A DNA stretch of 64,000 nt from the IMG/VR virus record IMGVR_UViG_3300020442_000006, positions 96,001-160,000 of that record. One strand, written 5' to 3'. The notes under the pieces were generated by a model that searched no databases, was not told the DNA's origin, and saw only the letters and a program-made list of their open reading frames with translations. The position numbers and the translations under genes are program-made. Within the stretch, counting starts at the first letter, position 1, and each line of letters begins with the position of its first letter. The DNA is from a virus. This document shows, in pieces, positions 19,143 through 28,189 of this stretch.

Positions 19143-19253
19143 TGGTTTTGAATCTCCTTCAAACGACGGTGGCAATAGTCAAGGAGTTCATCACGGTACC
19201 CTAAGAGTTCGTGATAGCACTCCTGATTATGTGCACAATTTCTTAACGCAGGA

Positions 19254-19511
19254 TCAGGTTTGTGAAGACTCTCGATCAGCAGGGTCATCCCCCGTATCTG
19301 TTTGTCCTTCATTCATTTCCTCCTGTGTTGAATCCTTAACATTATATAGAGAACCGTCAAGTCTGGCAACTTCTCCGAGGGGAGATTTGAAAAACTTACG
19401 GATTTTCTTTAGTTTCTTTGCCGCTTTTCTCTGGTCTCCAGACTTGAGTGCTCCTTTAACAGCATCCAACTCCATCTTAGACTTGAGGAAACGACGGTCC
19501 CAATAATCCAT
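19254..19511 (-). CDS. hypothetical protein
   Basis: 85-aa basic ORF coupled to the upstream gene. Confidence 0.6.
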   Translation of the reverse strand: MDYWDRRFLKSKMELDAVKGALKSGDQRKAAKKLKKIRKFFKSPLGEVARLDGSLYNVKDSTQEEMNEGQTDTGDDPADRESSQT

Positions 19512-22500
19512 TAGTCAGTATCTTTAATTACTATGTTGAAATACCTTATCTGTGTGGGTTGATAAGGCGTCCTATTACTATACCATACATTGCTAGTTTT
19601 GTCGTGCATCTTCTGGTACAGTGCCATCCTAGCGTTGCGTTTGTACCTACCAGTCGTGGCATCTCTTACAAGAACTTTCTTCGGTAGGTTAGTTTGATTA
19701 GGATAGTACGGTGACTGTGCTTCTGAACCATCAGAATACTGTAAGTCTGCAGGTGGCCACTGAATATTAATCACATCGTCAGTATCATATCTCTTACCAT
19801 AATCAAACACGTCAGAGATACTTACCATACCAAACCATCCATACTTATCAAACTTATATGAATCACCAGAATCATAATGATCTTGGAATACAACTCTGAT
19901 CTTGAGTCTGAAATGCAGTCCACCTTTGTCTCTATAATCTGTCCTAAAGATTACGTTTTGACCTGCAGTAGTTTTTTCCATCCAATACTGGTGGAATGAA
20001 GTGGCATTACCATTCTCATACAGGAAGAAACTCTGGAAGATCTCATTCATATTAACTGCATACTCATTACCTGTAGTGCTCTGGTTGTTGACCACCAACG
20101 CTCCAGGTTGTCTAGGAATTGTTAGGTCACTGTAACTGTCAAGTTCAATGTCTTGAATCCTACCTTGGTTTTCAGCAGGGTCGGGACACTGATCACTATT
20201 GATTGCTGTCACTTTGAATCCTAACATATACCACTTAGGACCACTCCAAGTAATGCCATCAAATCCGCGTTGATCTGTATTGAAATATTCATCCTGATTA
20301 TCAATGTGTAAATTAAATTCATCGTTAACTTTGAAACCACCACTACCCCAGTCTTCGACACTATCAAGGTACCATCTGACAAAATATTGCTCTGCATCCT
20401 CAACGAGATACTTGAGTCTAACTGAGAATCCATTCTTTGCGACGACATCAACGAACCCTGTGTCACCATCTTCCATATCTTGTGCAACATCTTTACCATT
20501 AATGATCCTACATCTCTGTGATGATCTCTCGTGATTATCCAAATAGACGTTTGCTGCTTGGTCAACTACTTTATTTGTGAGTACAGTTGTGTAATCTTCT
20601 TTATCTGGATCATCATCCAAGTGATTATCCCAAACAAATAACTGACCACTGATAGGTAGACCACACGGTTCTGTAATATCAGGACCTGATTGTGGTTGTC
20701 CCTCTGCCTGATCCTTACTATCAGTTCCATAACTATGTGACTGTGTGATCAGATTGACAGTCCAAGTGTTTACATATACACCTTCGTTCTCATCCCTCAA
20801 TGCAAAGGCAGGAGATGTCTTTCCATTGTAGTGTCCTGTGTTAATTGCTTTAATTTTGAATACTAAGTTGTCTCCCTTCTCTACATTAAACGTATGTAAG
20901 ACAGCACCGATCCTTTTCCATTCAGATACTAGTGACTTCTCTTCATAGATTACATTACCATTTAATTTGAGTTGCCAAGTGAACTTGGTACAGTCACCAT
21001 AACCTGCAGTCATACCACCGTGTGATCTGATGGTCATTGTTGTAGTCTTTGCAATCTTAACTTTCTGTACTCTGTTTATACTGTTCGCATAGTCACCCTT
21101 ACATTTACCACACTCCCACTGGTCAGCACCTGTCTTAGGATGTTCTGAATAGTTTCCACACTCAGTACGAGTCAGCATCACGTCACCGAATGCTCCTTCC
21201 TTAAATGCTGCCTTCTCACAATCATCTTGAGTGTTTATAGATGCGAAGACTGGTTGTGCAGGTTCAGAGAAGACATAACATTCAATACCTTCATAGTAAT
21301 ACTCACTGTCACCATAACCTACTTTATATGATAGGCGAGTGTCATTATAATCTTCATCACCAGACCATAAGTCCTCCCAGTATTGCCAAACAGCATCTGG
21401 CCACTTAGTCATATCTTTCTTGCCAGGGTTCAGTCTCCTGTCTGAGAACCATACATATCCATTCTGTTTAGGGTGACTGTTCTGACCATTGGTTGTGTAC
21501 CCATCACCGTACTGATTATTGTGTGCTACAAATGTGATGTCTTGACCATCACTTGCACCACCACGTCCACCATCAGGAATCATAAAGAACCCGAGGTTGC
21601 AGGGCATATAAGAATTGATTTCGTCCTTAGGAATAGATCTATGGAATGTACCAGAAGAATCAGTAGCGTTTGCTAGAAGAACCCGACCAAAGATAGGTAC
21701 ATTGTTTTCATCTGTGACGTACCATCCAATAGTATTATCATACTGAGCACTACCACGTCGTGTATTCAAAGTAATCTTGAGTCTAGACTCAGCAGGGGTA
21801 TCAAACCTGAATATATTGTTCTTGAGATCTGGTGCTCTCATTACTTTCCCAAGTGGTTCAATAGAATATTTGTGATCATTACCCTCAAAACTATAGTAAC
21901 GATGGAGAGCAGCAGGTTCCTCACCTTCCATCAGTTCTGAGATCATATCCTCTGCCTCTCTGTACCCAAAGAAGAGAACCTCATCACGTGGTTGGTATCC
22001 ACCTGCATCTAGATCTGCTTGCTCCCCTGCAGGGTCAGAGAGCAACTGAGTGTCCTGTCTGGATGCTGAGAATGTCCTATAGACAGGGACGCTGCGTCCT
22101 GTACCAGAGGGTACAAGGTTACCGTACCACCTGATACCACCCATCTCATAACCTGCATCAGGTATATCAAACTTGCCATAGCGATGATCTCTACCGAGGT
22201 TATTGTTACCTAGGATAGAGAACCTTGCGTTGGCATCGTTACCATCATTATCTTTGAATGCAATCGACTTATTATTACCATAGTTCTTATCATTATCAAC
22301 TGAGTATCCAGAACCAGATAGTCCTGTATAACTGATGGTGTAATCCCCAGGTGCTAGTGTGAGTGCTTGCGTTAACTTTCCTTTCTCTCCACTTCTAGTG
22401 AACGTAGTACCACTAACTGTCACAGTATCTACAGCAGTGCCTGCTGTCCTAGGATTATCATCCCACTGAAGTTCAAAACTAATTGTCTGTGATGTGTTAC

Positions 22501-23167
22501 CAGTAACAGTAACTGTGTTGGGTCCGTTGAACACAGCACCACCTGTGTTACTCATACCCTTTTTGTATTCAAATATAGGTACTCTCTCTGTTACACAATT
22601 TCTAATACATACCTGATTGGTAGTTCCATATGATGCCTTAGGTACAAACGAATCACAGTCTGCCTGAGGTGGTTTCCAAGCACCACCAACATAAGGTCTG
22701 AAGTGACAGTCAAGATGATTCTGAAGACATCTCTCAAGGTCAGGGTTCTTTCCCTTATCACAATCTACTGTGGTGCGACTCATATTAGTTGTCTCTGGTG
22801 GTGAGTTGCAAATGTCACCAGAGTTCTCATCGTCAGGATCAATCACAGAGATTGAAATGTCACCTGTATCAGGTGCACTCAGTCCTAGTCCTAAGATGGT
22901 ATCTAAAATAGGTTTCCAACTGATATATGTTGGAGGTGGTAGTGGTTCTTCCGTTAGGTCAGGGAAGTTGTTAGGTTGCAACGTACCTTGGTCACCATAA
23001 CATTGACCAAGGAGTTGCTCCACTACTGCTGTTAGTGTGTTAGGGGAGGGAGCACCACCAGGCGCACCAGTTCCTCCACCACCAGACGGGACAGGTTGTT
23101 CCTGTTGTTCTACGTCTGAGGGATCACAATTTCGTTCGAACCAATGATCGTTCGAGAGGTTGGACAT
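19511..23167 (-). CDS. large multidomain protein (DUF4114-like domain, short aromatic repeats), probable virion/structural
   Basis: 1218 aa; NTIGWY...FFMIPDG...WEDLWSGDEDYND resembles DUF4114; VPVYRTF and ALHRYY repeats. Confidence 0.6.
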   Translation of the reverse strand: MSNLSNDHWFERNCDPSDVEQQEQPVPSGGGGTGAPGGAPSPNTLTAVVEQLLGQCYGDQGTLQPNNFPDLTEEPLPPPTYISWKPILDTILGLGLSAPDTGDISISVIDPDDENSGDICNSPPETTNMSRTTVDCDKGKNPDLERCLQNHLDCHFRPYVGGAWKPPQADCDSFVPKASYGTTNQVCIRNCVTERVPIFEYKKGMSNTGGAVFNGPNTVTVTGNTSQTISFELQWDDNPRTAGTAVDTVTVSGTTFTRSGEKGKLTQALTLAPGDYTISYTGLSGSGYSVDNDKNYGNNKSIAFKDNDGNDANARFSILGNNNLGRDHRYGKFDIPDAGYEMGGIRWYGNLVPSGTGRSVPVYRTFSASRQDTQLLSDPAGEQADLDAGGYQPRDEVLFFGYREAEDMISELMEGEEPAALHRYYSFEGNDHKYSIEPLGKVMRAPDLKNNIFRFDTPAESRLKITLNTRRGSAQYDNTIGWYVTDENNVPIFGRVLLANATDSSGTFHRSIPKDEINSYMPCNLGFFMIPDGGRGGASDGQDITFVAHNNQYGDGYTTNGQNSHPKQNGYVWFSDRRLNPGKKDMTKWPDAVWQYWEDLWSGDEDYNDTRLSYKVGYGDSEYYYEGIECYVFSEPAQPVFASINTQDDCEKAAFKEGAFGDVMLTRTECGNYSEHPKTGADQWECGKCKGDYANSINRVQKVKIAKTTTMTIRSHGGMTAGYGDCTKFTWQLKLNGNVIYEEKSLVSEWKRIGAVLHTFNVEKGDNLVFKIKAINTGHYNGKTSPAFALRDENEGVYVNTWTVNLITQSHSYGTDSKDQAEGQPQSGPDITEPCGLPISGQLFVWDNHLDDDPDKEDYTTVLTNKVVDQAANVYLDNHERSSQRCRIINGKDVAQDMEDGDTGFVDVVAKNGFSVRLKYLVEDAEQYFVRWYLDSVEDWGSGGFKVNDEFNLHIDNQDEYFNTDQRGFDGITWSGPKWYMLGFKVTAINSDQCPDPAENQGRIQDIELDSYSDLTIPRQPGALVVNNQSTTGNEYAVNMNEIFQSFFLYENGNATSFHQYWMEKTTAGQNVIFRTDYRDKGGLHFRLKIRVVFQDHYDSGDSYKFDKYGWFGMVSISDVFDYGKRYDTDDVINIQWPPADLQYSDGSEAQSPYYPNQTNLPKKVLVRDATTGRYKRNARMALYQKMHDKTSNVWYSNRTPYQPTQIRYFNIVIKDTD

Positions 23168-23375
23168 CTACTAACACTTTGTTTAGGTATTTAGGGGTTT
23201 GTTCTGGAGGGTTCCAATGTCGTATGACTCCGCTGATAATAAAACAATTAGTGACAAGATAACTGAGAAATAGAATGGTCCGTACAACCACAATGTAGTT
23301 GTCATACTGTTCTGTTTTGTCATCAGAGAAACTCCCAAGGGAATACTTCCAGACATCCCACATTTTTTTAGGCAT
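23124..23375 (-). CDS. small membrane protein
   Basis: WKYSLGSFSDDKT...RTILFLSYLVTNCFIISGVIRHW. Confidence 0.65.
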   Translation of the reverse strand: MPKKMWDVWKYSLGSFSDDKTEQYDNYIVVVRTILFLSYLVTNCFIISGVIRHWNPPEQTPKYLNKVLVDVQPLERSLVRTKL

Positions 23376-23400
23376 AAAAAAAGGGACCGTAAGGTCCCTA
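23376..23400 (-). terminator. psbA terminator
   Basis: GGGACC-TTAC-GGTCCC then T7. Confidence 0.85.
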
Positions 23401-23426
23401 TAGAATATCATAATGTAATGAGAAGA

Positions 23427-24515
23427 TCAACCGATGCTAGGTGCAGTAAGTGCAACAGGCACAGACTCAGCAGCAGCAAGATCAAGAGGGAAGTTGTGAG
23501 CGTTACGCTCGTGCATAACTTCCATTCCAAGACCTGCTCTGTTCAAGATGTCTGCCCAAGTAGGAATCACAGAACCGTTTGCGTCAAGCACAGACTGGTT
23601 GAAGTTGAAACCATTTAGGTTGAATGCCATTGTACTTACACCCATTGCAGTAAACCAGATGCAGACCACAGGGAATGCAGCAAGGAAGAAGTGCAGTGAA
23701 CGTGAGTTGTTGAATGAAGCATATTGGAAGATCAAACGACCAAAGTAACCGTGAGCGGCAACGATGTTGTAAGTCTCTTCTTCTTGACCGAACTTGTAAC
23801 CGTAGTTCTGTGACTCTTGCTCAGTTGTTTCTCTGATAAGAGAAGATGTAACAAGAGAACCGTGCATAGCACTGAAAAGTGAACCACCGAATACACCTGC
23901 AACTCCAAGCATATGGAATGGGTGCATCAGAATGTTGTGCTCTGCTTGGAACACGAACATATAGTTAAAAGTACCTGAGATACCAAGAGGCATAGCATCA
24001 GAGAAAGAACCTTGACCGAAAGGATAGACCAAGAACACAGCGAATGCTGCTGAAACTGGTGCAGAGTATGCAACACAGATCCAAGGTCTCATACCCAAGC
24101 GGTATGAAAGTTCCCACTGACGACCACAGTATGCTGTGATTCCGATAAGGAAGTGGAATACAACGAGTTGGAAAGGACCACCGTTATACAACCACTCGTC
24201 TAGTGATGCTGCTTCCCAGATAGGGTAGAAGTGTAGACCAATAGCGTTTGAACTAGGTACAACAGCACCAGAGATGATGTTGTTACCGTAAAGCAATGAA
24301 CCTGCAACAGGTTCTCTGATTCCATCGATGTCCACAGGAGGAGCAGCGATGAATGCGATGATGAAGCAAGTAGCAGCAGTAAGCAGGCAGGGGATCATCA
24401 AGACACCGAACCAACCGACATAAAGACGGTTGTCTGTGCTTGTCACCCACTGACAAAACTCGTCCCAACCTGAGAGGAGTCCGCCACGCTGACGTGTAAG
24501 TGTTGAACTAGACAT
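23427..24515 (-). CDS. psbA: photosystem II D1 protein
   Basis: Full D1 (NRLYVGWFG...HNFPLDLA) with C-terminal extension; uninterrupted; Gln at the 130-equivalent position. Confidence 0.99.
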   Translation of the reverse strand: MSSSTLTRQRGGLLSGWDEFCQWVTSTDNRLYVGWFGVLMIPCLLTAATCFIIAFIAAPPVDIDGIREPVAGSLLYGNNIISGAVVPSSNAIGLHFYPIWEAASLDEWLYNGGPFQLVVFHFLIGITAYCGRQWELSYRLGMRPWICVAYSAPVSAAFAVFLVYPFGQGSFSDAMPLGISGTFNYMFVFQAEHNILMHPFHMLGVAGVFGGSLFSAMHGSLVTSSLIRETTEQESQNYGYKFGQEEETYNIVAAHGYFGRLIFQYASFNNSRSLHFFLAAFPVVCIWFTAMGVSTMAFNLNGFNFNQSVLDANGSVIPTWADILNRAGLGMEVMHERNAHNFPLDLAAAESVPVALTAPSIG

Positions 24516-24539
24516 TGAAAAAAGGGTTAAGTATGAGTG

Positions 24540-24640
24540 CGGGGAACACTGAATTAAATATTCCTGCCTTACCCTCCAAGGCAGGTATGAGAGACTGTTA
24601 TTTAATGTCGCTGTTTAGTCTCGGTGAGGCGACGAAGTAT
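24540..24640 (-). ncRNA. PhotoRC-II-like RNA motif in the psbA 5' UTR
   Basis: CCGAGACT...AGTCTC pairing and CCTGCCTT-GGAGGGT-AAGGCAGG hairpin upstream of phage psbA; identity from memory of the motif, not a CM search. Confidence 0.65.
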
Positions 24641-24675
24641 GAAGTGTTTACGTTTCGTAACATTCAACAGTATAT

Positions 24676-24720
24676 ATAATACTCTGAATGCTCAGGATTT
24701 GTCAACCCTGTGTGCCACTT
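24676..24720 (-). promoter_or_regulatory. sigma70-type psbA promoter with upstream AAGTGGCACAC box
   Basis: TTGACA-18-TATTAT; box at 24710-24720. Confidence 0.7.
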
Positions 24721-24874
24721 CGTTTTGTGTCTCCTTGATCTTTTCGACCTTGATGTGGCGAAGTGTCGCAAACGCATAGTTGATCTCTTCCTGAGTGTAG
24801 TTCTCAGGATGTTTCATTGCCTTAGTAATCAATAATTTCGCTGCTTTTTTTCTTGTTAGTGATTTCTGTGTCAT
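24692..24874 (-). CDS. hypothetical protein
   Basis: MTQKSLTRKKAAKLLITKAMKHPENYT; 3' end overlaps the psbA promoter. Confidence 0.55.
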   Translation of the reverse strand: MTQKSLTRKKAAKLLITKAMKHPENYTQEEINYAFATLRHIKVEKIKETQNEVAHRVDKS

Positions 24875-25094
24875 AGTAGTATTCCAAATAGAGTGCGGAT
24901 AATTCGTGCGTAAATAAACTTTCGTCAGTCTTTTCGATCTCAATAAGTCTCTTGTAAAGTCCGCTGCTCATCACCCAGTCACAAAAATCATAGTGACGGT
25001 TGGTTAATTCTCCATTCAGTTTTACACATCTCTGCAATAGGGTTGCTCGATACTCCATCATATCATCAGAGTATCTCCAATCATTAATTGTCAT
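24822..25094 (-). CDS. hypothetical protein
   Basis: DWRYSD...YDFCDWV cyanophage-type small protein. Confidence 0.6.
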   Translation of the reverse strand: MTINDWRYSDDMMEYRATLLQRCVKLNGELTNRHYDFCDWVMSSGLYKRLIEIEKTDESLFTHELSALYLEYYYDTEITNKKKSSEIIDY

Positions 25095-25251
25095 CGGGAA
25101 TCATCCTTACATTACAATAGTATGGTACATAAGGTTTTGCCATCTCGCAAACCTTTGTATAGAAATTACACTTTAATTCCGACAAACCCGAGTATTTCCT
25201 CAAGGTAACCCAGTCGTTTTTGATTTGAACTTGTAGATTGAACTTTTTCAT
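25084..25251 (-). CDS. hypothetical protein
   Basis: Start reassigned to MKKFNLQVQIKNDWVTL. Confidence 0.45.
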   Translation of the reverse strand: MKKFNLQVQIKNDWVTLRKYSGLSELKCNFYTKVCEMAKPYVPYYCNVRMIPDDN

Positions 25252-25717
25252 CGGAGACTTTTGAGAGTCTGTCCAGGTAATTATATGTATATGTCTTCCT
25301 TGGTCCTTCGATTCCCCATCCCAACCATCTGTATGCTGCATTGTGGTACTCACCGTAGGTACGACCTGGGATCTTCCAAGTGAGTAGTGCCTGTTGGAAC
25401 TGGTACTCGTTAGACATATAACGTAACTGTCCATAGAAAGAAGATGGATTCAATCCATACTTGGCACAGAACCTACCGAGTCCTTCATAGCGTGACTCAG
25501 TTGTCCATTGAATCAAACCATACCCACCCACGTGGCAGTCTTGATACTCTACACGAGCACCACCTTCACAAATGTTAGGGGTGAAGTTCGATTCCTGTTT
25601 GATGTTTGCCATAACAACAGAAAGCGCCAGAGGATCTGTGATCCCTTGACGCTGCTGTAGATACTGTAGTGCCCTTGTCTCGTTGAAGGTACACGTTGCA
25701 CAGATCCATTCAATCAT
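25166..25717 (-). CDS. phage tail lysozyme-like (Phage_lysozyme2) peptidoglycan hydrolase
   Basis: MANIKQES, GGYGLIQWT...R, GQLRYM. Confidence 0.8.
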   Translation of the reverse strand: MIEWICATCTFNETRALQYLQQRQGITDPLALSVVMANIKQESNFTPNICEGGARVEYQDCHVGGYGLIQWTTESRYEGLGRFCAKYGLNPSSFYGQLRYMSNEYQFQQALLTWKIPGRTYGEYHNAAYRWLGWGIEGPRKTYTYNYLDRLSKVSDEKVQSTSSNQKRLGYLEEILGFVGIKV

Positions 25718-25862
25718 TTCGTTTCTTGATGACGATAACGTTTTTAGAGTCTACCACGGCAAGACCGAACTCAAGTTCGTCGTCGGGGTCCCAACACAAT
25801 TCTTGATAAAGTGTGTTGAGTTTTTCCATATCCTCCCACAACTGGTCTGGGTTCGGTGCCAT
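25710..25862 (-). CDS. small hypothetical protein (50 aa)
   Basis: Manual ORF MAPNPDQLWEDMEKLNTLYQELCWDPDDEL; overlaps the next start. Confidence 0.65.
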   Translation of the reverse strand: MAPNPDQLWEDMEKLNTLYQELCWDPDDELEFGLAVVDSKNVIVIKKRND

Positions 25863-25894
25863 AGTTAAGTTATTTACTGAACGTATTTATTCTA

Positions 25895-26080
25895 TCAGAA
25901 TAATCCGAAGAACATATGTCCAGTTAGCAAATCAGAACACGCTGCTGCAAGTAAACCAAGCATTGCGAGTCTGCCATTCCAAGTCTCTGCCCAAACCTTC
26001 TGAGGTTCGATAGCGATTGCTTTCGCCTGTGCCTGTGGTTGTTGTTGGGGCACAGAGAATTGTGTGCGTGATGTTCTCAT
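25895..26080 (-). CDS. hli: high-light-inducible protein
   Basis: AETWNGRLAMLG chlorophyll-binding motif; start at MRTSRT. Confidence 0.92.
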   Translation of the reverse strand: MRTSRTQFSVPQQQPQAQAKAIAIEPQKVWAETWNGRLAMLGLLAAACSDLLTGHMFFGLF

Positions 26081-26081
26081 C

Positions 26082-26189
26082 TTAGAATATGCCAGGAATG
26101 ATTTGTCCTGTTGTAACGTAAGCACCAACTGCTGCTACGAAACCGAGCATTGCTGCCCAACCATTAAAACGTTCTGCTTCTGGGGTCAT
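26082..26189 (-). CDS. hli: high-light-inducible protein (35 aa)
   Basis: Manual ORF MTPEAERFNGWAAMLGFVAAVGAYVTTGQIIPGIF with AGGAG SD. Confidence 0.95.
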   Translation of the reverse strand: MTPEAERFNGWAAMLGFVAAVGAYVTTGQIIPGIF

Positions 26190-26238
26190 TGTTAGTCTCC
26201 TGTAAAATTGAATTGATAGCATTGAGGGTACCATAGGT

Positions 26239-26436
26239 CTAACCTAGGATACCGAAGAAAAAGAAGTTGCCTGTAGCAACATAAGAAATGAATCCTGTAG
26301 CAAGACCGAGCATTGCCAGTCTTCCATTGAGGAGTTCTGCACGTTCGTTGTGTGTCACGGATACATCCATTACTCTCATCTGTGGTTCTTTTGCGAAGAT
26401 GTTTTGTCTTCCGCCTTGTTCAGTGATTGTGGTCAT
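26239..26436 (-). CDS. hli: high-light-inducible protein
   Basis: GGRQNIFAKEP, AELLNGRLAMLG. Confidence 0.95.
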   Translation of the reverse strand: MTTITEQGGRQNIFAKEPQMRVMDVSVTHNERAELLNGRLAMLGLATGFISYVATGNFFFFGILG

Positions 26437-26461
26437 TAGTCAAGTATTAAGAACTGTTACA

Positions 26462-26490
26462 ATTATATAGGGATTGTAAACTTTTGTCAA
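26462..26490 (-). promoter_or_regulatory. consensus sigma70 promoter of the hli operon with an overlapping HLR1-like repeat
   Basis: TTGACA-17-TATAAT; TTGACAAA-ag-TTTACAAT direct repeat. Confidence 0.8.
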
Positions 26491-26512
26491 CCCCCAAGTC
26501 AGTTTTTCTTGA

Positions 26513-26752
26513 CTACTGTGACGAAACTGTATCACGTTCGTAACAGGGAACACCTGCAGGGTCCAACCACTTGGTGTACTCGAAGTCCTCGATGGCGGTC
26601 ATCATCTGATCCATATTGTCACAGTAGTACATCGTCTGATACCGCTCAGTGTATTCATTGTACTTGAGGATCCTGCAATCTGGTTTGCCATTGATCTCAA
26701 GCAACCCACAAGTCACGTACTTGTAGGGATAGCGTTCGTGGATTAGGTCCAT
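26513..26752 (-). CDS. conserved hypothetical protein
   Basis: ERYPYKYV...YTKWLDPAGVPCY. Confidence 0.7.
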   Translation of the reverse strand: MDLIHERYPYKYVTCGLLEINGKPDCRILKYNEYTERYQTMYYCDNMDQMMTAIEDFEYTKWLDPAGVPCYERDTVSSQ

Positions 26753-26773
26753 TGAATTTGTTTGACTGTTATT

Positions 26774-26820
26774 ACTATACTAATAAAAAGACCCTCTTGT
26801 CGAGGGTCAGTGTGCCACTT
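26774..26820 (-). promoter_or_regulatory. overlapping terminator hairpin and promoter with AAGTGGCACAC box
   Basis: GACCCTC-GACAA-GAGGGTC+T5; TCGACA-18-TATAGT. Confidence 0.55.
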
Positions 26821-27020
26821 TAATAAGTGAATCCGATGTCTAGAGCAAGATTGTCTACGAAGAGTTCATAATCTTCGTCTGGATCTCCAAAGAACTGGAC
26901 ACCAACAGACTCATAATATTTGAACAGTCGCTTGAACAAGGAGGGGTTTTCTTGATCCAATGCGATGTCTCCGTTTACAACATCCCTCAAGTATGAGAGA
27001 TCTCTATTGCTGATAGGCAT
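26820..27020 (-). CDS. hypothetical protein
   Basis: 66-aa acidic ORF with GAGG SD. Confidence 0.65.
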   Translation of the reverse strand: MPISNRDLSYLRDVVNGDIALDQENPSLFKRLFKYYESVGVQFFGDPDEDYELFVDNLALDIGFTY

Positions 27021-27062
27021 AATGCTACCTCTTTTGACTAGACTATAATCCCCAAAGGGGAA

Positions 27063-27135
27063 CGGGTCAGGCAGGATTCGAACCTGCGACCGACTGCTTA
27101 GAAGGCAGTTGCACTATCCACTGTGCTACTGACCC
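27063..27135 (-). tRNA. tRNA-Arg(UCU)
   Basis: GGGTCAG acceptor, ACTGC-CTTCTAA-GCAGT anticodon arm, GTTCGAATCC. Confidence 0.95.
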
Positions 27136-27142
27136 ATCTATG

Positions 27143-27325
27143 CTAGGAGTCTAGTTGAGCGATACGCTCTGCGATAATCTCTGCTTTGTGTAGTTCGTTT
27201 CTCTCCAGATACTCGTGCATCTTATCGATGAGAACCTCTAGTGTAGAGTTGAGAAATGCATTGTCAGAATCGTAATCATCCGTTTGATAGGAGGACATTG
27301 TTCTTGCCTTTGAACTACAGAGCAT
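27143..27325 (-). CDS. hypothetical protein
   Basis: Short acidic ORF downstream of a TTGACA-17-TATAGT promoter. Confidence 0.5.
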   Translation of the reverse strand: MLCSSKARTMSSYQTDDYDSDNAFLNSTLEVLIDKMHEYLERNELHKAEIIAERIAQLDS

Positions 27326-27333
27326 ACTATATA

Positions 27334-27810
27334 TCAGGTTTTACTCTCTGTCAAGGGGTCTGGGAAGTAGTCCTTTCTGTAGTAGCGTCCGAGTATGTTG
27401 GAGTTGTAGAAATGGGGGGTTCCATCGGTTCGGGACTCGGTAAGGACTCCATTGACGAATAGTTGTCGAGTCTCTTCGTAGTTTGTTTTGCCTGTAGTGA
27501 GATGGAGTGATAAAATTTCTCGTCTGAATCTAGACTTACCGAGTCGCTTAATATCATCAGTAAGTTCAGGGCACGATCCGTAGTATTTTTTCCAGTCGCT
27601 TTCAGATGTAACTCTCCTAGACTTACCTCTAGGTTTTCGTTTTTGCCAAAAGTATTTTCTTCCGATGTACTCTCTCCCCGATTCGAGATTTGTAATCCGA
27701 TAGACAAAACCGAAATAAGAGTTAATGTCCTCAGATAGAAAAGGGGATCCGTTATAAATCCAGGGGTTTTCATAGTCAATCGCAGATTCCTTCTTCGTCG
27801 TTGATGTCAC
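27334..27810 (-). CDS. GIY-YIG (Seg-like) endonuclease
   Basis: FGFVYRITN...EYIGRK...YYGS; start probably GTG at 27810. Confidence 0.85.
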   Translation of the reverse strand: MTSTTKKESAIDYENPWIYNGSPFLSEDINSYFGFVYRITNLESGREYIGRKYFWQKRKPRGKSRRVTSESDWKKYYGSCPELTDDIKRLGKSRFRREILSLHLTTGKTNYEETRQLFVNGVLTESRTDGTPHFYNSNILGRYYRKDYFPDPLTESKT

Positions 27811-27973
27811 GGTAGGTAGTAGTCCTGTCAGTGTCACCATTAGTTATACGATACGCTGCAGCGTCTGCGTAAACTTCTGATTTTAGTTCTGCTAATGCTT
27901 TTTCTATGTCAGCAATGAGAACCTTTAGGTTTCTTTTTTTCATAGTGTTTGTGAGGATAGACCCCAGTAGCAA
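27776..27973 (-). CDS. small hypothetical protein
   Basis: LKVLIADIEKALAELKSEVYAD. Confidence 0.55.
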   Translation of the reverse strand: MLLGSILTNTMKKRNLKVLIADIEKALAELKSEVYADAAAYRITNGDTDRTTTYRDINDEEGICD

Positions 27974-28006
27974 AAGTAAGCGATGAGTGAGAATAAGACA
28001 AGTGCC

Positions 28007-28189
28007 TTAAGATAGATCATCAGGTACAACTTCTTCGGGTGCACCTATCATATCAAACTTTTTGACTCCGTGGTCAAATTTGAGGATACGCTCAATATGT
28101 CCTTTAACTTCCCAAGGAAATTTGGTCTCCGCTTCCACGAAGACCTCACCAACCTCAGGAATGTTTACCTTCTGTCTCCAAAGTTTCAT
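28007..28189 (-). CDS. hypothetical protein
   Basis: Coupled to the talC stop (ATGA overlap). Confidence 0.55.
   Translation of the reverse strand: MKLWRQKVNIPEVGEVFVEAETKFPWEVKGHIERILKFDHGVKKFDMIGAPEEVVPDDLS

Noticed and set aside
23418-24468. Alternative-frame and antisense ORFs over psbA
   Set aside because: No SD or recognisable motifs; explained by D1 codon structure
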